Both the position numbers and the translations under genes were made by a program. A stretch of 62,220 nucleotides of DNA, taken from assembly GCA_007375675.1 (NCBI GenBank), contig VMEU01000006.1, forward strand, positions 1-62,220, read 5' to 3'. This DNA comes from Parcubacteria group bacterium Greene0416_39 (GTDB lineage: Bacteria; Patescibacteriota; Minisyncoccia; Minisyncoccales; UBA10102). How positions within the stretch are numbered: the first letter of the stretch is position 1; each line of letters begins with the position of its first letter. The notes beneath the pieces are model-generated. The model saw only the letters and a list, made by a program, of their open reading frames with translations. It was not told the origin of the DNA and ran no database searches. Positions 1 through 9,104 of the stretch are shown one piece after another.

Positions 1-517
1 CGGCTATGGGATCCATTCCAATAAGAACCCATTCTCTCATCGGTTGGTCCGTGTACTGCTCGCGCAGGGCAGGACCGACCTCGGCCGGGCACTGCTGAAG
101 ACCCAGCTCCAAGGCACGCTCGTAGATCACATCACGTCGCGTATTGACCTTGAAGCCCAACTGACGGCCCGATACGCGCGCCAGGTCCACCTCGACCTCC
201 TCGTTGCTTACGGGAATCTTATCGAGGATCTGGTTGGCGTAAGTACCGATTTGGTACTTGCCGGCCAGCAGAGCCTTGCGGTACTCCTGGGGCGACTTGC
301 GAAGTCCGAGCTTGATGGTTTTCCAAACCTTAAACTTGGCCGTACTCCCATCGTCAGGCATGAGCACCTCGCGAAGCACTTTCTTGAGTGCTGCTTGATT
401 CTCACTCCATCCGTTTGCGATACCTTGGTCAATATCGCGCGGGAGTTGCCGCACCACTGCACCTGCAAACTCTGGAAACCACCCGGGAATCAAGGCTGTA
501 CCATGTTCTTCTGCCAT
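1..517 (-). CDS. Conserved hypothetical protein, truncated by the window edge
   Basis: Manual translation MAEEHGTALIPGWF...FKVWKTIKLG...ELGLQQCPAEVGPALREQYTDQP; ATG at 517 with GGAGGA upstream; open to position 1, so absent from the ORF track. Confidence 0.75.
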   Translation of the reverse strand, partial: MAEEHGTALIPGWFPEFAGAVVRQLPRDIDQGIANGWSENQAALKKVLREVLMPDDGSTAKFKVWKTIKLGLRKSPQEYRKALLAGKYQIGTYANQILDKIPVSNEEVEVDLARVSGRQLGFKVNTRRDVIYERALELGLQQCPAEVGPALREQYTDQPMREWVLIGMDPIA

Positions 518-710
518 GGCTGTTCCTCCTCTTGCTGGTTAGTTTTAGGAGACTTCTCCCACAGCAAGTGCTAAATAAAGTGTACACCTCAACTAAACTT
601 TTGTCAAGTTTTTTGTACGAGATGAGGGCATGGGTAACACTTACTACGAAAACTTGCGACCGCAAAGATTTATAGTTTCTGGCATTCCAAGCGCAGAAAA
701 AAGAGCACTC

Positions 711-824
711 AGGCGGCGGCTACCTACTTTGGCAGGGAAAACCCTACTATCATCGGCCTTGGAGTATTTCACTTCCGTGTTCGGAATGGGAACGGGTGGG
801 ACAACTCCAGTATAACCGCCACCT
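711..824 (-). rRNA. rrf: 5S rRNA
   Basis: Conserved CCCGTTCCCATTCCGAACACGGAAGTGAAA and AGTAGG motifs; paired termini extended by a flanking inverted repeat. Confidence 0.95.
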
Positions 825-842
825 CAATGCTCTTTTTGCTCC

Positions 843-965
843 TCACTATCGTTCGGAGCTTCCACTGATTTATACGGATTTTGCTGATTTATGCTGATAC
901 TAGTATCCGCATAAATCTGTCTAATCAGCATTAATCAGCGGTGTAGCGACGAGCGACAGCGAGGA
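843..965. repeat. Long imperfect palindrome with GC(T/G)GATTTAT-type subrepeats in the 23S-5S spacer
   Basis: Arms ctgatttatacggattttgctgatttatgctgata / tatccgcataaatctgtctaatcagcattaatcag; homologous to 5391-5520. Confidence 0.7.
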
Positions 966-1109
966 GCGAACAGTGATCACTAATTGCTAGTCGAGATCTA
1001 TTGCACAACAACCATTAGTACTCCTCGGCTCAATCCCTTGCGGGACTTACACCTAGAGCCTATCAACCTCATGGTCTCTGAGGGGTCTTTGAGTCCTCAT
1101 CTTGAAGTT

Positions 1110-1142
<33 letters not shown>

Positions 1143-1259
1143 TTTCCGAACTTAGCTACCCAGCGATGCCCTAGGCAGGACAACTGGTACACCAGAGGTT
1201 CGTTCCCTGAGGTCCTCTCGTACTGTCAGGAACTCTTCTCAAGACTCGACGCCTACGGT

Positions 1260-1290
<31 letters not shown>

Positions 1291-1330
1291 GAACCCAACT
1301 CACGAACCGCTTTAATGGGCGAACAGCCCA

Positions 1331-2148
1331 CAGATAGTTCCATAATTACTTATGGTCTAGACTATACCTTTGCTTTCTTTTCATCTAGAAAGCACCGACG
1401 TTTTATAGGGCATTAACCCTATCCCGTGCTCGATTTAATCGAGCGAACGAAGTCGTTACGGGGTTATACGGTAACTTATATTTCATTAAATCAAGGAGGT
1501 AAGGATCTACCAATGCAGAGAATTTTTGCGCATCCCTGCTTGGAATGTATAACCTATACCCGTCTTGAATCCAATGAATGCGAGGATTGAGAGAAAAGTT
1601 TCTTTGCAAGCACTCTGCCAGAATTTCATTTTCTCGCTTCGTGAATGAAAGTGTATTCAAGAATACTCCATAGCAATCGTTTCTCCTTCCTCCATCATCC
1701 ATATACCATACCGCTAAGGTTAAGGGAGATGTAAGAAGAGAAACAATTTTGCTTGGTACGATTTTCCTTTTGCCTTTATAGAATAATTTCCAAAGTTCAG
1801 TAAAGTACGTGTGTGTTTTCGTTTTAAATCTCCACTGCACATACGTTTTCTGAGCTCTCTGGTCAAAATTCTCAAATTGGACAGGTTTTGTGCCTGTGAA
1901 TTTCTTGAGTTCTTGGTACTTCCAGAAAACGTATGCTTTCTGGGTTTCAGAATGCCCAAGTTCCAGGCGTGCATTAAACTTAAGCATGCTTAGATGAGCA
2001 TCTCCTAAAATAGTACCGAGAATGATCTCTTTTTCTCTCGATGAAATCGCTGATTGCCGTAAACTTCCCACGGTGTTGTCCATGTTATTTCATTATACCA
2101 TGGATTTCTCCGTTATGAGTCGATTTTACAAGGGCTAATTTAAAGCTA
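1331..2148 (-). mobile_element. Group I intron in 23S rRNA (after ~E. coli U2546)
   Basis: Exons rejoin as CCAAGGGT|TGGGCTGTTCG; exon ends in U, intron ends in G; P1 AGGGU/GCCCU with U.G pair; GTATAGTCTAG core motif. Confidence 0.9.
1403..2083 (-). CDS. Intron-encoded LAGLIDADG homing endonuclease (two-motif)
   Basis: ILGTILGDA and LAVWYMDDG motifs. Confidence 0.92.
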   Translation of the reverse strand: MDNTVGSLRQSAISSREKEIILGTILGDAHLSMLKFNARLELGHSETQKAYVFWKYQELKKFTGTKPVQFENFDQRAQKTYVQWRFKTKTHTYFTELWKLFYKGKRKIVPSKIVSLLTSPLTLAVWYMDDGGRRNDCYGVFLNTLSFTKRENEILAECLQRNFSLNPRIHWIQDGYRLYIPSRDAQKFSALVDPYLLDLMKYKLPYNPVTTSFARLNRARDRVNAL

Positions 2149-2194
2149 ACCCTTGGCAGCTTCTCCACCACCAGGATGCGATGAGCCGACATCG

Positions 2195-3007
2195 CTTGTC
2201 GGCATTTTTCTCCCTTTACAGGGAGGTTCGGACTATATCTTCACCCGCCAACATCTACGAAGTTGTGGCGGGGCTGGCATATTAGCTCTCTTTTTCAGAG
2301 AACTCCGTCCCGCTAAGCAGGACAAGTCTCTACGGGGTTATAACCCAATTTATATTGCATGGAAGGAATCACTCTATCTCCTATTAAGTCTTTCAAACGC
2401 GGAATTGACCGAGAAAGAAATCGGATTCGATAGTACTGTTTGTCTTTATTCAGACGCGCCTGCAGTCCTAACATTTTCAGTTTCTCTATCAATCTCTTTT
2501 GGTCTTCTACGCTGAACCTCTGGGTGTTGAGATAGAAATTTGATCTTCCACTTCTCCCTCCGTCATCCATGAACCATACGCTCAAGATAAGAGAATTAAT
2601 CCGAAGTTCTTTTGGGATAATCTTTTCTTTACCCACATAAAACATCCGGTACAACTCACTCAGAACAGGATGCTGTCTGGTATAAAACCGATAGGCAACC
2701 CTGTTCCCGTTTCCTCTCCTCATCTTTGGCGCGGAACGACAGATACTTTTGAGCGCCTGGAACTTCCAATCAACATATTCCTTTACGCCAAGTGAATGAT
2801 TGACTTCCAGAAACGCTTCTTTTCTTCCTGGCACAATTCGTAAGTATCCATCGCCCAAAATGGTTCCAATAACAAGAGATTTCTGCAATTGCGTTAAACT
2901 TCCCACGGTGTTGTCCATAGATATTGAGTTATTATACCATATGGAGTTCACCGTTATAAGCCAGATTTATTGTACGACATTACTGTCGTAGCACACCGAT
3001 ATCTTCA
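2195..3007 (-). mobile_element. Group I intron in 23S rRNA (after E. coli U2500)
   Basis: Exons rejoin as GGCACAT|CGATGTCGGCTC; P1 GCACAU/GUGUGC; AGAGACT and AAGATATAGTCC core elements; terminal G. Confidence 0.92.
2313..2918 (-). CDS. Intron-encoded LAGLIDADG homing endonuclease
   Basis: VIGTILGDG and LSVWFMDDG motifs; start set to the MDNTVGSL ATG by analogy with 1403-2083. Confidence 0.92.
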   Translation of the reverse strand: MDNTVGSLTQLQKSLVIGTILGDGYLRIVPGRKEAFLEVNHSLGVKEYVDWKFQALKSICRSAPKMRRGNGNRVAYRFYTRQHPVLSELYRMFYVGKEKIIPKELRINSLILSVWFMDDGGRSGRSNFYLNTQRFSVEDQKRLIEKLKMLGLQARLNKDKQYYRIRFLSRSIPRLKDLIGDRVIPSMQYKLGYNPVETCPA

Positions 3008-3755
3008 ATGTGCCGAACGGAGCCGTAGATATGGACTCGCGGGCTCCACTAGCCTGTTATCCCCGGGGTAACTTTTGTCTGATGATCTTTGCGTTTTCTA
3101 CAAAAACGCATCGGTTCACTAAGTTCTGCTTTCGCACCTGCTCGACATATCCGTCTCGCAGTTAAGCTGGCTTGTGCCTTTACACGACCGCGAGGATTTC
3201 CATCCCTCGTTAGCCAACCTTATAAACGCCTCCGTTACTCTTTGGGAGGCAAGCGCCCCACTTAAACTGACCACCTCCCACTGTCATCCCTTGCGGGAAT
3301 TAGTTTTACCCTTTCAAAAGATGGGTGTTTCATTGTCGGCTCCATCCCGCCCGAAAGCGGAACTTCAAAGCCTACCCACTACGCTACGCATCCGAAATGA
3401 TAAAACAATAGGAAGCTACAGTAAAGCTCCCGGGGTCTTTCCGTCTAGCCGCAGGTAACCGGCATATTCACCGGTATTGCATTTTCACTGGACAGCTCCT
3501 GGAGACAGTTCCCCAGTCGTTACACCTTTCATGCGGGCCTCAACTTACGAGGCAAGGGGTTACGCTACTTTAACACGATTATAGTTATCGCGGACGTTCA
3601 CTGGGGCTTAGCTCAGTAAGCCCCCGCCACAAAGGCGGAGACCTCCAAGTTTAACACTCCAGCACTGGTCAGGTGTCAGCCCCTATACATCCTCTTACGA
3701 GTTTAGCAGGGACTTGTGTTTTTGGTAAACAGTCGCCAGGGATACATTCGCTGCG

Positions 3756-3840
3756 ACCCCGCACCACTTTGGCCTAAATTTTCACGAATTAACCATATCT
3801 TTTGGTCTTTCGTTAAATTAAAGACAAAGTGGTGCGGGGT
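3756..3840. repeat. ~85 bp REP/MITE-like element inside 23S rRNA
   Basis: Terminal inverted repeat ACCCCGCACCACTTTG...CAAAGTGGTGCGGGGT; second copy at 13310-13393. Confidence 0.85.
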
Positions 3841-5390
3841 AGTCCTTATCGCGAACTTACGGACACTTTTTTGCCTAGTTCCTTCAGGAGCTTTCATCCA
3901 TTCACCTTGGCGCATTTACGCCAACCCACCTGTGTCGGTTTTCGGTACGGACTCATCAAACTCATATCCATGAAGCTTTTCTGGGAAGGATGCTCGCTTG
4001 AATCCTGTCCCGCGAACGGGACAGTTTCTCCAACGCTTGTCCTAACCTTGCGGCTAGGACTTAGCGCCAGAAACAGAAATCCCATAATCTGCTCAAGGTA
4101 CTATCCTTCGTCACTTTATGGAAGCATTTGACGAGGGGTAGGAATATGAACCTACTTTCCATCATCCCGAGCCTTTCGGCGAGGGACTAAGGACCGCCTA
4201 ACCCTTGGTCGATTACCGTTGCCAAGGAACCCTCGGGTTTTCGGTGTTCCGAGTTTTCATCGGAATTGTGGTTACTCATGCCAACATTCTCACTCCTCAT
4301 CGCTCCACCTTCACTTGCGTTAGGGCTTCACTGCAATGAGGACGCTTCCCTACCACTCCGCCAACATCTTCGAAAGAAGTTGTGGCGGAATTCTTATCTT
4401 CGGTACCAAGCTTAGCCCCTATGAATTTTTGGCGCAGAACTCCTTAACTAGTAAGCTGTTACGCACTTTTTAAAGGATAGCTGCTTCTGAGCTAACCTCC
4501 TAGCTATCAAAGGAATTCCACTGCCTTGTCTGTTCGCACTTAGCTTGAATTTGGGGACCTTAGATGAAGATCTGGGCTATTCCCCTTTAGAGACACGGAC
4601 CTTAGCGCCCGCGTTCTGACTGCCCACTATTCACTGAAGCATTCGAAGTTTGATAAGAAAACCTGGATTGCTCCAAAATTTTCTTTTCAGAGCTCTACCT
4701 CTCCAATGATTCGGTGGACGCTAGCCCAAAAGCTATTTCGGGAAGAACCAGCTATCACCAAGCTCGATTAGTTTTTCGCTTCTTACCACAGCTCATCCCA
4801 GAGGGTTGAACAACTCACGGGTTCGGACCTCCTCCACCACTTCTGGCGGATTCATCCTGGCCATGGCAAGCTCGCTTGGCTTCGGGTTTTATGCATACTG
4901 CATATTGTTCGCGCATTTAGCACTTGGTTTCCCTTTGCCTTCACTCCGTAATGGAGCTTAGACTGCAATATGCGATAAACTCGTTGGCTCGTTTCGCAAA
5001 AAATACGCCGTCAGGGGGTACCGGACGGCACCCCCCTCCGACTCTTTGTGGGCAAAATGGTTTCAGGTTCTGTTTCATCGCGATTACCTCGCTGCTTTTC
5101 ACCTTTCCCTCACGGTACTGGTTCACTATCGGTGATGTTGAGTATTTAGCCTTGGCCTGGTAGTCAGGCCTGATTCCCACGGGGCTTTCGTTCCCCATGG
5201 TACTTAAGAAAAATAGCAAGGAGCATGAAAGGGTTTTCGAATACAGGGCTTTCACCTTCTTTGGCCTCCCTTTCCAGGGTAGTTCTTCTAACGCCTTCAC
5301 CTAAGTGTTCTCCCTCGAATACTCCACTCCACGTCCCCTATACTACGGACATGGAGTAAAGCTCCGACGCCATTCCCTTGCAACCCCAAT

Positions 5391-5520
5391 CGTGACTCGC
5401 TGCTGCTCGTCACTTCCGCGGATACATGCGGATTTTTGCGGATTTATGCTGATAACGTATCCGCATAAATCAGCTGTATCCGTATAAATCAGCGGTGTGG
5501 CGAACAATAGTGAGCCACGA
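5391..5520. repeat. Palindromic repeat-derived expansion segment in 23S domain I
   Basis: Long hairpin with GC(G/T)GATTTAT units, homologous to 843-965. Confidence 0.7.
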
Positions 5521-5967
5521 CTGGTTTAGGCTTCTCCCTCTTCGCTCGCCGCTACTAAGGGAATAATATTCGTTGTTTGTTCCTCTGGGTACTGAGATGA
5601 TTCACTTCCCCAGGTACGCTACCCCGTCATTCGACAGGGCTATCCCGATTTTCATCGGGATGGGTTTCCCCATTCGGAAATCTCCGGATCAAAGGCTGCT
5701 CACCGCCTCCCCGAAGCTTATCGCAGGCACGCCACGTCCTTCATCGCCTCAACATCCCAAGGCATCCACCATTTGCCCATAACAATGCAATAGATACGAC
5801 TAGCAATTACTAATCACTGTATCTCTGTATTCAGTTGTCAAAGTGCTCGCATGACCAACATAAAACCGCCTAGTTCTGAAGCGGTTCACAAACGAAATCA
5901 AAGGAGTCTGGTCTTTCAGCCGCTTCGAACGTTGTTGTTTGATTTTATATTACTCATGCGTGCAGCC

Positions 5968-5996
5968 AGTATATCGTACAGGAAAACCCGTGTCAA
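5968..5996 (-). promoter_or_regulatory. Sigma70 promoter for 23S-5S
   Basis: TTGACA-17 bp-TATACT; boxA-like GCACTTTGACAA downstream near 5836-5846. Confidence 0.85.
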
Positions 5997-6057
5997 TAGG
6001 CAAAAGAAAACCGCCCCGCAAGACGCAAGGACGGTCTCCTTTTTCTGTCTTCAAGCT

Positions 6058-6738
6058 CTATGGCTTGAATTTCCTTTTGAGATCCTGGAGAACTTCTCCT
6101 GCTACTTCTTTGCCTCCCAAGCCAAATGCCAAACCTCCTGCTACCACAAGGAACGCGACAACGCCTGTGAATAAAGTCTGGAGCAAGAAAGGAGTGACGC
6201 CAAGCTGGAGAAGAATTGCGATTATGGCAAAAATCCAGATTGACCACTTCACGATTACTCCAACAAAATGTCCGTACCCCATGCCAGATCCCTCTACGGT
6301 AGCTCGCAGTATCTTCTCTGTTAGTTCAGCGATAATCACTGCGACCACGAAGATAAGCGATGCAACAAGCACATTGGGGATGTACCCCAATACGCTAGTA
6401 AGGAATGCTGCAAACTGGGCCAACCCAAGAATCTCAACTGCCGCAAGCAGGAAGACAATCAAAAGCGCCCACTTAAAAAGCCCTCCCACAAACTCTGCTG
6501 GGTTTACCTTAATCTCTGCTTTTGCCAACGCATCTTTCCAGCCAGTTCCTGCAAAGAGCTGGTTAAACTGGATGCGCTTTAAAATGTCTGTCATCACTTT
6601 TTCTACTGCTTCTGCGACAAACCAACCAATCACAAACACAATCACCGCTCCTATCACTTGAGGAATAAATCCAAGAAATCCCTGCCACAAATTCGCAAGG
6701 GAGTTCAAGGTTACGCTATACCAATTGAGTAAAATCAT
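6058..6738 (-). CDS. Multi-pass membrane protein, CmpX/small-conductance mechanosensitive-channel TM-helix family
   Basis: Repeated FIPQVIGAVIV / YIPNVLVASLI helices; C-terminal GLAFGLGG. Confidence 0.8.
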   Translation of the reverse strand: MILLNWYSVTLNSLANLWQGFLGFIPQVIGAVIVFVIGWFVAEAVEKVMTDILKRIQFNQLFAGTGWKDALAKAEIKVNPAEFVGGLFKWALLIVFLLAAVEILGLAQFAAFLTSVLGYIPNVLVASLIFVVAVIIAELTEKILRATVEGSGMGYGHFVGVIVKWSIWIFAIIAILLQLGVTPFLLQTLFTGVVAFLVVAGGLAFGLGGKEVAGEVLQDLKRKFKP

Positions 6739-6758
6739 ATGATGTAAAACTTGTTATG

Positions 6759-6838
6759 CCCCGTAGTAGAACTTTGGCTACCTTCGGCGACGATGTGTCT
6801 CGCGTAGCGAGACACATGCCAAAGTTTCACTACAGGGT
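6759..6838. repeat. ~80 bp nested palindromic element (CCCCGTAG...CTACAGGG family)
   Basis: Near-identical core at 25864-25944. Confidence 0.85.
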
Positions 6839-6919
6839 ATGAATGAGTACAATCGACCTTTCCGGGTATTACGATAGTATACCAGGGGTCAAGGGAACTG
6901 TCCTGTGGATAACTTAAGA

Positions 6920-6997
6920 TAATGCAAATTTACGAATGACTGCGAATGTACAAATTCGAGTATTCGCGGCATTCGTTTTCATTTGTAGATTTGCATT
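6920..6997. repeat. Palindrome of ACGAAT/ATTCG subrepeats downstream of sodN
   Basis: aatgcaaatttacgaatg...cattcgttttcatttgtagatttgcatt. Confidence 0.6.
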
Positions 6998-7457
6998 ATT
7001 TATTCTTTGCGGCCTCAGTCTTTGCAAACATCTCTGCAATTTCCTCTACTACGTCCTGCAAGGCCTTTGCAGCTTCCATATTTACCTCCTGTTTTACCTT
7101 AGAGCAGAGTTTTGCAGCTTTCCAAAATTTCTCATGCAAGCCAGGAAACATTACAAGATGCTCTGGTTTGAAGTAATCGGTCCAGAGGATCAGTAGTTCT
7201 TTCTTGCACAGTTGCGCGTGCTCCTCTTTCACTGCAATATATCGAACCAGAGAATTTGCTTTGGAGGGTACAGGACTGTACCCTCCTTTGCCCTCCGCTA
7301 TCTCTGCTTTTTCAATAAGTTCCACCATGCGCACCACGGTTTTTGCCGCAGTTCTCGCAGGCTCTGGGGTATAAATCCCGCATGGAATATCGCAGTGGGC
7401 ATACACCATCTTGGCAGGGAAAAACTTGTTCAAAAACGAAAACATAGAATACAGCAT
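6996..7457 (-). CDS. sodN: Nickel superoxide dismutase precursor
   Basis: Ni-hook AHCDIPCGIY after a short leader; LILWTDYFKP motif; start trimmed from the ORF track. Confidence 0.93.
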   Translation of the reverse strand: MLYSMFSFLNKFFPAKMVYAHCDIPCGIYTPEPARTAAKTVVRMVELIEKAEIAEGKGGYSPVPSKANSLVRYIAVKEEHAQLCKKELLILWTDYFKPEHLVMFPGLHEKFWKAAKLCSKVKQEVNMEAAKALQDVVEEIAEMFAKTEAAKNK

Positions 7458-7539
7458 ATGAGTGTAGTGTACCCCACTAAAAAAACGAGTCAAGAGCGAG
7501 CAGTAGCCAAAAACCCATAAAAAGTGGTAGAGTGATGTA

Positions 7540-8463
7540 ATGAAGACCTGGGCATTCCTTGGAATCTTTTCTCTCCTCTTTTTCTGTTTTACCACCGCAC
7601 AAGCTCAAACTCTTAACGCGGGGCTGGTAAGCGGGATCTGGTATTCAAAAACTCCTTTCTTTGCCGGAGAAACCGTACGCATATACGCAGCAATACAGAA
7701 CAATTCAGGCTTTGATATTGCGGGAAAGGTGAAATTCTTAAAAGACGGCAGCGCTCTTGGAGAATTCTCTTTTTCTGCGGCAAAGGGCGGGCTCGTCCAA
7801 ACCTGGACAGACTGGAAGGCTCAAGAAGGAACGCACAAAATTATGGCTGAAGTTGTTGAAATGAAACGTCTCCAAATTGGAAAACCTCCAGAGTCCATAA
7901 CTCTGGGGTCTTCTGTCGGCGCTGCCAGTGTTGTGTCTGTGGAAAGAGACACAGACCAAGACCAAATTGCAGACCCCGAAGATCCTGATGACGACAATGA
8001 CGGACTCACCGATGAAAAAGAAACTATACTCAGAACCAACCCGCTTAACCCGGATACCGACGGTGACGGCATTAAAGACAACGTGGATAGAATTCTCGTG
8101 AAAGAATCAAAGGCAGGAGAAAAAATCTACTCTAACTTAGAAGAGCAGATTGATTCCTTTGTGGAAACAGTCACAGAAAAACTTGCGTCCTATAAAGAAG
8201 AGAGAACAAAACAACGCAAGTCCCCCTTCGGGGGATCTCCCGTAGGGAGAGAACCTTCCAAACCAGTCTTTGCGGGCACGATTCAAAAAATTGATGACGC
8301 CATTCCTATCTTTGAGATTCCAAAAGAACGCATACCCACAAAAGAGGGAATAACCGACTTCCTCCTTGCAGGAGCAATTACTGCTCTTCCCCAGTGGCGC
8401 ATTGGAGTTTTAATTATAGGAGGCATTCTTCTTTTTCAACTCATCCGCCGATTTTTCTTCTAA
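7540..8463 (+). CDS. Surface protein: signal peptide, CARDB/Ig-like domain, Ca-binding DxDxDG repeats, C-terminal TM
   Basis: AQA cleavage motif, DTDQD/DDDNDG/DTDGDG, hydrophobic tail. Confidence 0.75.
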   Translation: MKTWAFLGIFSLLFFCFTTAQAQTLNAGLVSGIWYSKTPFFAGETVRIYAAIQNNSGFDIAGKVKFLKDGSALGEFSFSAAKGGLVQTWTDWKAQEGTHKIMAEVVEMKRLQIGKPPESITLGSSVGAASVVSVERDTDQDQIADPEDPDDDNDGLTDEKETILRTNPLNPDTDGDGIKDNVDRILVKESKAGEKIYSNLEEQIDSFVETVTEKLASYKEERTKQRKSPFGGSPVGREPSKPVFAGTIQKIDDAIPIFEIPKERIPTKEGITDFLLAGAITALPQWRIGVLIIGGILLFQLIRRFFF

Positions 8464-8471
8464 AATTTTAG

Positions 8472-8543
8472 TGGACCCTGCCGGATTCGAACCGGCGACC
8501 TCTTCATTGCAAATGAAGCGCTCTACCACTAAGCTAAGGGCCC
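8472..8543 (-). tRNA. tRNA-Ala(TGC)
   Basis: Cloverleaf GGGCCCT...TTGCAAT...GGTTCGAATCC...AGGGTCCA with G3.U70. Confidence 0.95.
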
Positions 8544-8731
8544 ACGATCACACGGTTTCCCCCGACCCCCCTCTTTTAGAAACCCACGGTTTCTAACGCT
8601 CACTTCGTTCGCTGTTTTCCTACACGGGGGAAACCGACAAATTACCCCGTGGTGGAAAGATCCGACCCCGCAGCGCGGGGGAGCTAAGAAACCGAAGGTG
8701 TCTTAAGCTGGGGGTCGGGGTAATTTGCTTG

Positions 8732-8805
8732 TGCGCGTGCCTGGACTCGAACCAGGGACCCCGTCATTATCAGTGACGTGCTCTAACCAGCTGAGCTACA
8801 CGCGC
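8732..8805 (-). tRNA. tRNA-Ile(GAT)
   Basis: Cloverleaf, anticodon loop CTGATAA, GGTTCGAGTCC. Confidence 0.95.
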
Positions 8806-9104
8806 ATTTACTCTGCCCCATTCTAAACCCCGCTCCACTTTTTTGCAAGAGAAACAGAATAACGTTACCCGTAAAAAGTGGGGCGGGGTAAACAAAAACA
8901 TGCCTTAAGTAAAGGCCTGCCTTGTTGTGTTAATCTCTGAAAGTTGTTCCTACCTCATCCTGCGAAACCTCGCAGGATAGGAGCCGACATATATAGGTTA
9001 TCGACTAACACCACACATTAGTGTGCAAATTTTACACACCAATAATGATCGACACTCAAAGAATGAAATGATCCACGCACAGCTTCCGCTACGCGTGCCT
9101 TGTT

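Noticed and set aside
44-574. 176-aa plus-strand ORF in the track
   Set aside because: Antisense shadow of the minus-strand gene starting at 517, which has an RBS-like motif and protein-like conserved motifs.
8545-8730. GC-rich hairpins between tRNA-Ala and tRNA-Ile as an ncRNA gene
   Set aside because: Consistent with spacer processing stems and dispersed palindromes; no recognisable family motif.
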